Shown here one piece after another: positions 43,679-62,783 of a stretch of 64,000 bases of DNA. The notes under the pieces are model-generated. The model was given only the letters and a program-made list of their open reading frames with translations, was not told the DNA's origin and searched no databases. The DNA is from the human T2T-CHM13v2.0 reference genome, Homo sapiens. How positions within the stretch are numbered: position 1 is the first letter of the stretch; each line of letters starts with the position of its first letter. Where the stretch lies: assembly GCF_009914755.1 (NCBI RefSeq), contig NC_060931.1. One strand, 5' to 3'. The translations under genes were made by a program, and so were the position numbers.

Positions 43679-44697
43679 CAGGGCCAGCTACATAATTTGC
43701 AAGGCCTAGTGCATAATGAATACTTGAACTTCCTTGTTCAAAAAGTAGGGGAAGAGGTGATAAAGTGCTGTTAAAACACGTACTAAAAGCAAAGCTTTTT
43801 TCCTTCTGCAGCATCTCTCCTGACTTGTCATGGCGTTTTTTATTTGCTATTTTATGTTCTAAGTAAGAAAAATAAAAAATTTAAATTGTTAGTGTGAATT
43901 TTACCATTGGTCTTTGTAATGTGCAGTGCCTCTTTGAAATACAAATATGACTGCATTAGACTCATATGCAGAATCAACAAAATTACACAATTTATATTTT
44001 GTAGCTTGTACTTACACATATATTTTGTTCTTATAGAACTGTGGAATCACCAGACTTAACTTTTTATTTCATTTCTTGATATGTGCCTATCTTCCAGTGC
44101 TCTCTACCTTCAGCTTACTGATGAGAAAGGAAGGACTGAAAGGAAAAGGAACTATGTATCACTCTTTTTCTTTCCTTCTATGTTATCATTTTCACTGTAA
44201 GTGATTAGGTAATACAGGGGAAGTAACAGGAGTAAGAAAAGATACAATGGGCTTCTTCGGTCATTCCTGTTGCTTTGAACTCTGTTGCCTTCCTTCTTTA
44301 TTCAAAATATGTCTGGTTCTCATGGAAAGCCTCTCAGGGCTACCAGTGTCCCCACTTAATCAGTCTAGACATAACATGCCTTCCTTGTAGTTGCTTTGAG
44401 TCTCCCTGAACCCCTACTCATCATGGGGCCACAGGAATTCAGAGCTCATGGGGCTACATGTGAATGAGACAGAAAGGAGAAAGGGGGCATGCATACTGCA
44501 TATATCTTCCCTTTTTATACACGTGCTTCATTGCTCCATCAGAGTTCACTTAGGAAACACAAATTCAGAGGTAAAATTATTAAAAATTTCAAGATGGTGA
44601 CAACAAAACATTAAGCCAGGCAGGGCTGGCAGGTTGTCCTTCTGAGCATGAGCCCCTTTGTGACTGCAGAGCTTGAATGCTCATGAAGCTGGCCCTG
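43679..44697 (-). mobile_element. MER45B-like (hAT-Tip100), ~1.02 kb
   Basis: Perfect 11-bp TIR CAGGGCCAGCT / AGCTGGCCCTG; ends homologous to the 38747-39201 element. Confidence 0.85.
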
Positions 44698-46552
44698 AAG
44701 CATGGTTAGACTCAAAGGAAGACTTTCCTAGAAATAAATGTTCTAAATGTAGGAATTGGTACCCAGAAGAGATTGTGGTATTTCTTACTTGAGAGATCTT
44801 TAAAAAGTCTTATTTATCTGGGAATATGTAAGCATGCTTATCCCTGTAGGCAGGTGAATGGACTTAGTCTCTCCTGAAAGCCCCTTTCTACCCTGCCTGT
44901 ACATTCTCTGCTGTCATAGCCCCCAAAACATGTAGAAGAAAATTCTTTCAACTCTCTTCTGAATTCGGTGAGATTAGAAGGTATGTATACTCATTATGTC
45001 TTTGGAGTCATTAATGAGACAAAACATTTGATAAAAACATAACTTGGAGAAGAATGAATCAAAAAAGACATTTTAATACTGCTTGTTATGCTCTTCATCT
45101 TTAATTAGGTTGTGGTATTCACTTCGGACTTATACTGTTGAGACAGCTTATACATCTTGAGAAAAAAGGAAACCTTTTTCATTCTTTAAGACATACGCAT
45201 GCAGTATGTGGTTTTGACATGCTAGTTCACAATCCCCCACATTATGCCTTTAGACCTCACAAATAAATGTTATGTGATGGGTATCCCACTGAGTTGTGAA
45301 AATGAAATATGCAAACCTGAAATAACTTGGAAGAAGGGTGAGGCAGGGAAGAAAGGACTCTCTTACCAGAATGTTGAAAATATATCCCATATTGAAGTTA
45401 TTATGATACCACAAAAATCTGAATGTAATTTAGATGGTTTGGTTGAGGGTGGATGGCAGAGTACATGTGTGAGAGGGAAAACTTTAGACATGTGGACGAC
45501 ATTTTCAGAAGAGCCTCTCAGCTCAAGGTCACATGTCCCCACAAGTATTGAGAGGTAAAAGAAAGTGCTCAGAAGATGTTTTGTTTATGTTTCAGACAGC
45601 ACTGTGTAATGATTTGTTGTTATTTTGATGGTATGTGTTAAAAGGCAGCCTAAATGCAATAGCCAACCGTGGAGTGTTTTCTCCCTAATGACATCAGGTT
45701 CACAATGCAAAAATATTTAGAATGTGCTATTGCTGATGAAAAGTAATGTTCTCCACACTATATTGTCAGTATTTTGTTTAAAATGCCATTTCATTTGGAG
45801 CAGAATTAATCGTTGTCTGTGATCTGTCTCTTTAATGATGCCTTTCCATTTTTGTCACTCCTCAATACTATTTTGGGGCAAATAAATGCTGGTATATGTA
45901 AATTTTTAAAAGTGCTCAAAGTTATATGGGCCAGATGTGTTTTTGTGGGGATACCCCTTTTCATGACAGAAGAACATTAAGTATTCTATTTGGTGTCTCC
46001 TAAAAAAGCTCTTACACTTGGTTCCGTTTGATAACCTAGTATTGTCTCTACCATCTTCCTGTGATGATAAAGAAGTGTCACCCAAAATAATGTTCTAGCA
46101 GAGTATCAGATTGGGCAATTTTAAAATAAATTGTTTTCATATCTTTCAGGTTAGGGGCTGGAGATATTTCAGGGTATTTGAATTCTCAATGCAGAATTTA
46201 AACATGTCTCGATTGACCCTCTGTCTGCTTGAAGTTCTATGGAAAATACTTTATCTGCTAAGCTCAGTGAGGGCTGTGTTACTGGTTTGAGTCTGAGAGA
46301 GTGTTGAATTGTGGTATTATACACATCTCCCTCTAATCATGCTGCACAGAAGCCAAAAGATGCAAAACCATCCATACTTCAGGATGGCCTGATAGGACAA
46401 ATCTCTTTACTCATTTATTCATTCAATGAAGATCTTAGCACATACTATGTCTTAGGCAGTGTTCTAGGCACATAGCATACCTCACTAAGCAAAACAGACT
46501 TAGAGCCAATCCTTTGTGGATTTACTTTAACATTGCAAGCAAACATTCTAGT

Positions 46553-46727
46553 CCTGTGCTGCCTAATATGGTAGCCCCTTGTCATGTGAATTTAAATAAA
46601 AAGAAATAAGAACACACTGGCTGTATTTCAGCTACCCAATAGCCACATGTGAATGAGTGGCTACCACATTGGATAGCCCAGATATAGGACATTTCCGTTA
46701 TTGCAGAAAGTTCTGTTGCATAGCACT
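46553..46727 (-). mobile_element. MER3 (hAT-Charlie)
   Basis: caatagccacatgtg...gtggctaccacattggatagcccagatataggacatttccgttattgcagaaagttctgttg. Confidence 0.85.
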
Positions 46728-49599
46728 ATCAGTCGTCAAGAGAAAAAACATCTTATCAGTTGAGTTGACCACCTCAGCACATTTTAACACACTAATGAAA
46801 TTAGGGTAGGATACTGACATTAAGTTATACCATGGTGTTTGCATTTGCAGTACCTATTTGTGATATCCTAGGTTCAGCCTGTTCAGATGTGCAATAACCA
46901 GACACTTTTAGGAACAAGAAACTTCTCTGGGGAGATGTATGCATATAAGAGAGGCAAGAAGCTGGCACAAGTGATGCTGTTCCTATTCCCCCATGTGGCC
47001 TTGGTAAACATTGTAACCATGATTAATTTTTTTCTGTTGAGCCTGCACGTGGTCTCAGAATCCTTTTGAATACAGCATTCTAGGTGGTCACTGTCACTTA
47101 GAGTTGGTATGTAGATGAATCCTCTTTGCCCTTCCTGATCTCTGTACAAATCTCCTTCTCATTATCTTAGTAAACAGCTTAAATGACTAAGATTCTTCAT
47201 CCAGCTTATGGCAAGAGAACAAGAAGGAGCAGTTTTGATATTTCCAAAACTGCCTGTATCAGATGTCTGTTCTAATATTCATTTATGCTCACCTGACTCC
47301 AGAGGAATCTCTAATGAAAAGAGCAATAGTGCACTGGTTTGGGGACCTGATTGCATAGAATCCCAGAGTTGGAAGGAATATTAGCACATTGTATAGCATT
47401 ATGCCTGTTTCTTTTCTTTTAAAGTACGTTCAATGTCTTTACTAGATATTATCTATAATTTGAAGAAGGAAAGCTTTACTGTGTTCTTAAGGGTTTAATA
47501 GTTACCTTCCCTAGTACTGAACTTAAAAATCCCCTGGGAAAGTTAGGATGGAAATTTACATCAGTGGGGGAAGGAGACTTGGGCCTTCAGCCTTATTTTT
47601 TGATTGATTATCCCTTTTACAAACTGATATGGAAAGAGAAACTTATTTATAACATGTTCAGCATGGTTCATGTGAGAAAACAGATGTTTATAATAGGAAA
47701 TGCTATTGTGTGGAGGGAATTATCAAAGCTCACTTACAAGGTTTAAAGACTTCTACGTCATAGGTCAGGTTTAATGTAAGGGCCATTGTGCTTGCTGTCT
47801 GGGTTGAGTGATGACTGCGATGGCTAATCATTGCCGTTATTAATGACCTCTTCTTAAAAGGCAAACAAAAAGAGGAAGTCTGGTGTCAGTATTAAGTCTG
47901 CCTTTGTGACTGTTAAAGTATCATCCCAATTATAACTGTCTATGGGAACACAGTGCAGAAAGTAAATATTTTGGTAATTCCCATGATCTTAGCCAGCAAG
48001 ATAAACATGAAAGAACTAGTTTCATGTTATAATGACCACATACCCTGTGTTGCTGCTAGTGAGATGCAACTGATATTACTTAATTGTATAATATTCTGCC
48101 TCACTACAGTTGAATATGGTATATCTTAGAGGCTTTCTGATGGTTTTCTTGCTGTTTTGAAAAATTGAAATAGTTGAAATACTGTAGAATATAGTATAGG
48201 ATAGAAGTCAAGTAGAATACAATGCACAAGTTGTGATGTGTACTTTAAAAAACTTTCTTTACATCAAATATTGAATGGTGCTTTAATGGACACATTTGGT
48301 ATTTATGCATTTTAAAATAAGGAGACTAAAAAAACAAATAAAGAATTAATTGAAGCATCACTTTCTCTGTATGCCTTTTCAAATCCTCTGTGAAATAAAG
48401 TAGGATTTAAATGTGAATAAGGTAATAATTAAATTCAAACAATCACAGTGAGGAAAATAGTGATCATCATCAACTTCATAATGCTTACCAATTTTATTCC
48501 TGGCTAGAGGTGTGTTTATATTAGTTTAGTTTTCTTAAAATACTTTTCCCTGACCTAGTTTGAGTCTGCTAATTACAAAGAGATGATTTTGACCTTTCTG
48601 TGACAGTACATTGTTTTAGAAACATATACATGGAAATTGCTGGCCTTCGTTCCTTTAAAAGCAGCACGCCCGCTGTGCTGTGGACCACAACATGTGGCTC
48701 TGTGTCTCCCTGAATCTCCGTGTTCAGTTCATCTCCCTGGCCCGCTGTTGTTCATTTGGAAATCTTTCTGGAAACGCCCCTTGGCTCAGGCCCTGTTTTT
48801 CCACCTGACTTTCTGTGTTGGCATCCGAAGTAGCCTTTTTGCCCATGTCTCTGCATTGGTGTGCCCCTCACACCTTTGCTGGACTCACAGCCCAGTGCTC
48901 TCCCATCACACACCTGTGTACATACTTTACATGGCTCTTTTGGCCCCTGTTCAGATTGAACTCCAGTGCCAGGCATTGAGTACCTTCAGTCACTTGGCTC
49001 TACCATATCTCATTTCTAAAGCTCATTTTATGTGACTCCCCGGCTACCCCCTTCATTCTGGGAAATGTGAACCATGGGTACACAGCTTCTTCCATCAAGC
49101 CAGAGCGAAGAAGGATTTTTTCTTCACTTAAAATTGTGTCTCCTGTCTACCCTTCCATCTATTCTCTATTCTCTTTAAGAAGTAAATCAATGTTCATTTC
49201 CTCCCTCTTTATTCTGGCTTCCCATTCTCTTGTGAATTTCACTTGGATGGTGTGATGCAATTTATTTCTCATTAAGTACTCTAAAATTATTATATGTACT
49301 TGTCCTATATTCTAATAAATATAAGGAAATATTCTACATTCCCACAGAATTAAAGCAATTAAACATATAGTTGTATACAAGTATTGCTTGATACTCCATG
49401 TATTTTCATAATGTCTCACATAATTACAGATGCTTGTCCAATAACTGTGTAGTTTTTAATCATTTTTTGAAAAGGAAGTATACTACCTCTGTTTCCACAC
49501 CCCTCCCCTTTTTCTAAGATACCTCAAATATTTTTGGGTTTTATAAGAACAAAACCTGGTCTCTCCTGTACAGATGCTAAAAGATATAGATAGATTATA

Positions 49600-50030
49600 G
49601 TCAAACCACCATAAATAAATATTCACATACATGTTCATTCACATATCCTCATAATTCAAGTCAATATACACAAAAATTTCCAATCTTACCAGTGATGAAT
49701 ATATACAAGTGAAAGCAACTGTTAGGTACACTTCACCTATATTGATTTAGCCAAATTTGTTAATATATAGTGCTGACAGACATATGGTGAAATCGACATA
49801 CCCACTTATTTGTGATATGGTCTTTCCTGAGAGTCCTCTAGGAAAATGTCAATCATAAAACTAATCTTGTACTTGGCATCAGTCATCTAACTTAATGCAC
49901 TAAAAGCAGTAACCTAAAATCCATTTGGTACCATAATGTTTACATTTAGAATTTGAATTATGAAGCACTGAAAGCAACCTAAAAGCTAATAGTTGCAAAA
50001 TATAAACTGTGGCATATCAGTTGAACAGAA
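49600..50030 (+). mobile_element. Highly decayed L1M/L1ME ORF2-end fragment
   Basis: Weak resemblance (gaatatatacaagtgaaagcaactgttaggtacacttcacctat; gaaagcaacctaaa; aaactgtggcatatc). Confidence 0.45.
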
Positions 50031-52121
50031 TTAGGTCAGACTGGGGTTCAAATCCGTTTTGGAACAAATACTTAACTAGCTCTGTGTCCTTAGCAAGTGG
50101 TGGAACTCACGGAGTATTGGTTTCCTTATCTGTACGGTGGTGAACTAGACTATTCCCCAAGGACTGGTTCTGCTTTGGAGAGGTGAGAGTGGCCATTCGG
50201 ATTTGATTTCAGGTTGCTTTCTTTTTATATTCTTACTGAACCAGCAAACAAACAGTACAGAAGGGGAACATGATATTAAGAAAGTTAATGAATATGGTTC
50301 TTTAGTGCCTTTCTCATCAAGGGGTGACTGGAGTTTGATGGAAAACATAGTCTGTACAGAGTGAGGAAATGGCCATTTCTGAGGTGCTCAGAACCACAGG
50401 CTCACCCCTTTCACAGGGTTAGGATGGGAGCTGTTACAGGGAGTTTCCTGTACTTTAAAAAAGTTAAACAACAGAATCCAGCCTTTGCTAGCTTTGGGTA
50501 CTGTAAATGATTTACTGTAACATAAAACACATCGAGTGAGAAAAATATAGAATAAGTTTTTTCTTCTTCAATAAGATATGCAAATATATATCCAAATTAT
50601 GTTGCTTACACAAAGTAACTAAAAATGGCGTTGCTTGTTTGGTCTCAATGAATTAAACCACACATTGAGTTTCCCTGGGTTATCTTCACTATCATTTCAG
50701 ATTCAGGGTTTTGGTTCTTAATTACTGATATCCTTTGGAAGACAATAATAATAACAACAATAATAATACAGTGGTGCTAAATGCTGTAAAAACTGCATTA
50801 GATGCATGACCCCATTTGGCATCTACTTTTCAAAGGTGTGCATGTTTCACGAGGACACTCTATATATACATCTTAAGGCTTTGTAAGGACTAATTGAGAT
50901 AAAGTACATGAAGTTCCAAGTAATGGTGCCTGGCATGTGACAGGCATCCAAGAATTGGTAGTTACTATTGCCACTGTATGACAACAATGCCATCTACTCT
51001 AAGTTATGGCATTGCTTTGTGGACGAATCAGGAAAAAAAAACCAGACACTGCCAATTAAACTATGATGTAATAGTTTTATCCCTTACTTTTATTTTTGTT
51101 TTTGAAAGAGCTCTCTTAGACTTATTTAGACATACATTTTATCATACATTACTCTTGTGCCTGAATAAGAAGAAAGATACAAGCAACATAAACTGAGTAA
51201 GGTATCCCTGAAACTTCTTCACATTCAAAGTTTGATTCCCCTAAATCATGACAAGTCATTAAACTACAGCTCATCGCTGTGTTTTTCCATGTAGCATCGT
51301 CCCTCCCGTGTACTATAACGAGCATTGTTGATGCAGCATTTCTTGGGTGTGCCACTGTTGCCTTCATGATTTCTTTTTTCTGAGCCTCTTATATCCTTTC
51401 AAAAACTTTCCTTTTCGACTAAACTCAAAACTTCATTTTTCCTCCTCAGTTGAACTGTACGTTGCCTGAAGTTAAGAAGCCTCTGTTCAAAGTCAGCAAG
51501 AAATTTTAGGCAAATTGATGTTTAATGCTCTCACAATAGTCCTACATGATACATTAATTAATTAAACCACATCTATTTCAGGGATTTGCCAGTTTTTCCT
51601 GAGCTTAGTTGTATTGCTTGACCTTGACATAGGTTAGTGATCTCTGTGCGTGTCTTTCAGTAACAAAGCATAACACAGTTTATTCTATCTGGATGTATTT
51701 TCTTGTCTCACATCCTGGAAAGCTTTCAGCTTAGCTTTTGCTTTGTGAGAAAATATGAAATTGCTGTCATTCTTCAGTCATGAATGTTTGCCTCACTCAG
51801 TTCAACTTTATACTTCTAACTACACTATTTCCATACCTTTCTGTGCACACAGTAACTTTTTTGCTCAATGATAAGTCATGGTGTGGTTTTAAAAGATAAT
51901 TTAAATGGTAATTAATTCATTGAGGAGTATTAACATTGCACACAAGTCAGTGGACGTGACATAATATGAACTGCTAAGATAAAGGCTGTACATGCTCAGG
52001 CAATGAAAACTATAGCATGACCGGAACCTGAAAGCCAGAAGTTATTATATGCCACTGAGTATAAGACACAACCCTACTTCTGAGATGTGGGGGAGAAATG
52101 TCCTATAATTGATGGAACATA

Positions 52122-52490
<369 letters not shown>

Positions 52491-53206
52491 TCAAGAGGGA
52501 ATTTATGAGTGGTTTGAATTGGGGACAGGAAGTTATAGAAAAAGGCAAGTCCATGACTTCCTATCTTGGAGTAGGTGTTTTTGACTAGAAGCACATTTCA
52601 TATACAATAAATAGGAAAAATCTTACCAGTTGTTGCTTTTTGAAGAGAAAGCCATGTATAAACAGTGAGAAGTAGTCAAGACTGAGTCTCTATTGGTATC
52701 ATTTTAAATTTGGTCTATTGCCTAACATAGGAAATTTAGGTTTAGATCTCACTGATAAGTAGTTTGTGAGAACCGAATGAACACAGATCTTCTCACCCAC
52801 AACAATGAATAAGAATTTGTGGATGAAATCACTAACAGTGTTAACAGGAATATGTTTCATTTTTTGCATTTGGAGTGGTGAAACTCCCCAGCTGCCTGAG
52901 AAATAAAAATCTAGCTTGTATTGTTTAACGGCAGTTGTTAGTTCCTTTCTAACCTATTGGGTCTGAAGTCAAGGTCATAAACATTGGTTAGCAGTCTTAG
53001 AACTAAGTCCAGTGAACTTCACTAACTAGATTTCTCTATTTTGTAAAGAAAATGGGAGAAGAGTTAAACACACACCCAAATAAGATATGCCAAAGGAATA
53101 TAAGAAAATTAACTTTTATTGAGCATTATTATGTGCTAGGCATTGATCAAGGACTTTTCATATGTTATTTCATTTAATCCTCACCATGTCCCTTTGAAGT
53201 AGGCAG

Positions 53207-53596
53207 TGGTAGCACATGCTGTGCATGTCCCATTCCTATCTCTTAACCTCTCACCATTCCTGAATGCTTCCACCTGCTCAACACCTGCAGTTTTTTGCCT
53301 GAGGGCTATCCCTGTTTGGCAGAGGCTACATAGCCACCATGCTCAGCCAATGACTGATAGACTTAGTAGATTAATGCCCAGGTTCCCTCATCCTTTATGC
53401 AGGGTAAGTGTGAGAGTTATGTTATACACCATCCTCCAGAGTTCTCTGGCAGGAGTGAGCACCCGTTGCCGCTCAACAGCATACACCCTTTATTGCTTTT
53501 TCTCCACTTTTCATCACGTTTTGCCACTCCCCATTGGCACTTCTTGGCTCTGCTCTCAAGTCAACTACTCGGGCTTTTATCTTTGTCTCAGGACTA
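53207..53596 (+). mobile_element. LTR16-family (ERVL) LTR inserted in a - strand MIR
   Basis: cagccaatgactga...cccaggttccctcatcc...tacaccatcctccagagttc...cacccttttattgc...ctttgtctcagg; MIR pieces at 53110-53205 and 53597-53672. Confidence 0.7.
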
Positions 53597-53724
53597 TTAG
53601 TTCCAATTTATAGATGAGGAAATGAGTCCAAGGCCACATATCTAGAAAATAACAGAGGCAAGATTTGAACCCACACTAAGGGGCCTAACAAAAATGAACA
53701 GTCTGACTCAATGGAGTAACTTTG

Positions 53725-55312
<1,588 letters not shown>

Positions 55313-55925
55313 CAATGAGTGTTTGTACTTCAGATTCATTAGAATCATGTCTGACCATTGTTATGTTTTCGAGAGCCATGGTGTCCAAAGGCTGTAACCA
55401 TAATGTCAGTTACAGTAGTCTATGAAGGTGCTAAAAGCTTTGGTGGACTCTTGTAAAAGTTTCGCCCAACCAAACTGGCACAGAGCATTGTGCTTTTTTT
55501 TTTATTATGCAGTAAAATCTCATTTAATTATATGCAAGTTATTCATTTGGATAAAGAAGCTGATTTAAATTTTGGTTCTGCGAATATGTTAATTATGACC
55601 ATGAATCTTCTAGGGGAAGAAGTCATTTCTGAAGCCCAGTAAAGTAAAAGGAGCCTAAGCAGATCTAATGATAACAGATTGAAAGACAAACATAACGAAA
55701 TGGGAAAGACGGGCTCTGGGCCACAGTGGTCAAGTGTGGTATTTACAGCTATATAGTCCTGGATTATATTACAGCTCCCACTTTTAATAATTATGACATT
55801 TTCAGTGAAGTACCTTACATCTAAATCCTCAGTTGGAAGTTATAATACCCACTCATAGGGTAGTCGAGAGAATTAATTGAAATAATATTTGTAAGATTCT
55901 CAGCACATAAGAGGTCTGAAATAGG

Positions 55926-56225
55926 TTTTTTTTTTTTTTTTGGATGGAGTCTTGCTCTGTTGCCCAGGCTAGAGTGCAGTGATGCGATCTCAGCTCACCG
56001 CAACCTCCGCTTCTGGGGTTTAAGCGATTCTCCTGCCTCAGCCTCTTGAGTAGCTGGGATTACAGGCACCTGACACTGCACCCAACTAATTTTTGTAGTT
56101 TTACAAAATACAAAACGAGGGTTCACCGTCTTGGCCAGGCTGGTCTCGAACTCCTGACCTTGTGATCTACCTGCCTCGGCCTCCCAAAGTGCTGGGATTA
56201 CATGCGTGAGCCACTGTGCCCGGCC
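55926..56225 (-). mobile_element. AluS with rearranged central linker, in a MIR tail
   Basis: Full dimer; linker altered at 56090-56115; AAATAG flanks. Confidence 0.95.
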
Positions 56226-57878
56226 CCAAAATAGTTTTTACTTCTGTTGCTGTTGCTGCTATTTCTGCTGCTGTTGTTCAAGTGAACCCGCACAGAAAAG
56301 ATAAACTTTAGAGAGAACTCTCACAAGTAAGAATAATGGTATGGGAATAACTACCTACATTTGCTAAATATGTCTCATTAAATCTTAGTAAGCATCTGGC
56401 AAGGAAAATATTGTCCTGGTTTTTTACTGATGAGGGAACTGAGATACAGAGAACTAAAATAATTTTCCCAGAGACATTAAGCTTATGTTTAAAGCTTAAA
56501 TTTTCTCAGAGACATAAAGCCACAGTCTAGGTCTTCTGACTTGTAATCCAATGTACTTTCATGGCCCATACTTCCCCTTATGTGGAAATATATAAATAAG
56601 TGCAAGTCATAGTGTGAGATGGTGAATAAGTGAAGGCTCAGTGTTGCAGGCCACATAGCTAATGACCACAGAGGAAAAGGCAGCCTTAAACTCAGGGTTC
56701 GTCTTTCTTGGGCCTCCATTGTCCCCTGGCTCTTGACCTGCTAATTTATCACTATCTTGTTAGCTTTCCTGTGCCTTCAAAGGAATGATTTTTATATGTT
56801 CTTTTCCAGTTGTTCTCACTGGGAAATCTGGTCCAAGTGATGTAATTTACCACCACCAGAAACAGCTTTCCCCTGGATTTGCATTATCAATTTGATTTAC
56901 CAGTCTTTATTTTTTTTTGTAAGTTGCTTCTGAGTAGTGCAGGTAACTGGAAGCTTTTGCCTGAACTAAACTTTAATGCTTAGTCAAGGTGACTGGCTCC
57001 ATCAGACATCATTAGTATTTTGCTTTGTTTTAAAACTCATTATCTCCATCCAGGATCACGTTTTATAATAATTCAGGTAATCTACTTTGTGTTCCTCCAT
57101 CTAAAGAATTTGGGGTTGGAATGGGAGTACAGGTCAAATAGAAATGTTCCTGGCAAAATATAAACTTACAAAAGGGATCAGAGTGGGTTGGTTTGCAGCA
57201 GCTTTCTGCTTGCACTGCAGCCGAACCTTCTGAAGGTCTCTTAGCTTGTATTTGTTAAGGAGGTTTTAGATTTTCATCCAATAGGAGGCAGTGTGCTTGA
57301 TTTTCCACAAAATGGTGTGGATAAACTTGCACACTGCTCTACCGTTGGTTGAAACCTCAATTAAGTTTTTTCAGCTTGTGAGTTGTGACAAAGATACGGA
57401 GAACTCCAAAAGTCCAATAGATTGTTTCCATTTAAAATAAAAAGGAATGGTACTGGGGAATGAGAGTTAGTAGATTACATGTGGAATTTTCTTCATTTTA
57501 TGATGAGTTGAAAAAATTAAAGCTGATTTTTTTCAGTGCTTTATTTTATAAAAACATTGAATATGATTTTAAACTTAAGATGGCATATAGACCATATAAC
57601 TTGCTTTCATTTTTATGTTATTTTATTTTCTATTTTACATTCAAAGGGCTGTTTTCTTTTTCTTTTTTTTTTTATTATACTTTAAGTTTTAGGGTACATG
57701 TGCACCTTGTGCAGGTTAGTTACATATGTATACATGTGCCATGCTGGTGCGCTGCACACACTAACTCATCATCTAGCATTAGGTATATCTCCCAATGCTA
57801 TCCCTCCCCCCTCCCCCCACCCCACCACAGTCCCCAGAGTGTGATATTCCCCTTCCTGTGTCCATGTGATCTCATTGT

Positions 57879-61704
<3,826 letters not shown>

Positions 61705-61767
61705 TATGATGTTAGCTGGTGATTTTGCTCGTTAGTTGATGCAGTTTCTTCTTAGTCTCGATGGTCT

Positions 61768-62783
61768 TTACATTTTGGCATGATTTTGCAGCGGCTGGTA
61801 CAGGTTGTTCCTTTCCATGTTTAGCGCTTCCTTCCGGAGCTCTTTTAGGGCAGGCCTGGTGGTGACAAAATCTCTCAGCATTTGCTTGTCTGTAAAGTAT
61901 TTTATTTCTCCTTCACTTATGAAGCTTAGTGTGGCTGGATATGAAATTCTGGGTTGAAAATTCTTTTCTTTAAGAATGTTGAATATTGGCCTCCACTCTC
62001 TTCTGGCTTGTAGGGTTTCTGCCGAGAGATCCGCTGTTAGTCTGATGGGCTTCCCTTTGAGGGTAACCCGACCTTTCTCTCTGGCTGCCCTTAACATTTT
62101 TTCCTACATTTCAACTTTGGTGAATCTGACAATTATGTGTCTTGGAGTTGCTCTTCTGGAGGAGTATCTTTGTGGCGTTCTCTGTATTTCCTGAATCTGA
62201 ACATTGGCCTGCCTTGCTAGATTGGGGAAATTCTCCTGGATAATATCCTGTAGAGTGTTTTCCAACTCGGTTCCATTCTCCCCATCACTTTCAGATACAC
62301 CAATCAGACGTAGATTTGGTCTTTTCACATAGTCCCATATTTCTTGAAGGCTTTGCTCATTTCTTTTTATTCTTTTTTCTCTAAACTTCCTTCTCGCTTC
62401 ATTTCATTCATTTCATCTTCCATTGCTGATACCCTTTCTTCCAGTTGATCGCATCAGCTCCTGAGGCTTCTGCATTCTTCACGTAGTTCTCGAGCCTTGG
62501 TTTTCAGCTCCATCAGCTCCTTTAAGCACTTCTCTGTATTGGTTATTCTAGTTATACATTCTTCTTAATTTTTTTCAAAGTTTTCAACTTCTTTGCCTTT
62601 GGTTTGAATGTCCTCCCGTAGCTCAGAGTAATTTGATCGTCTGAAGCCTTCTTCTCTCAGCTCGTCAAAGTCATTCTCCATCCAGCTTTGTTCCGTTGCT
62701 GGTGAGGAGCTGCGTTCCTTTGGAGGAGGAGAGGCCCTCTGCTTTTTAGAGTTTCCAGTTTTTCTGTTCTGTTTTTTCCCCAT
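61768..62783 (-). pseudogene. Disrupted L1 ORF1p
   Basis: MGKKQNRKTG... start at 62783; TAA at codon 73 (62565), 1-bp deletion near 62390, TAG at 62104; ends ...QNHAKM* at 61768. Confidence 0.95.

Noticed and set aside
48637-49035. 132-aa ORF (and the 135-aa ORF at 53206)
   Set aside because: Non-ATG starts, no recognisable domain; the second lies in an LTR16-like element.
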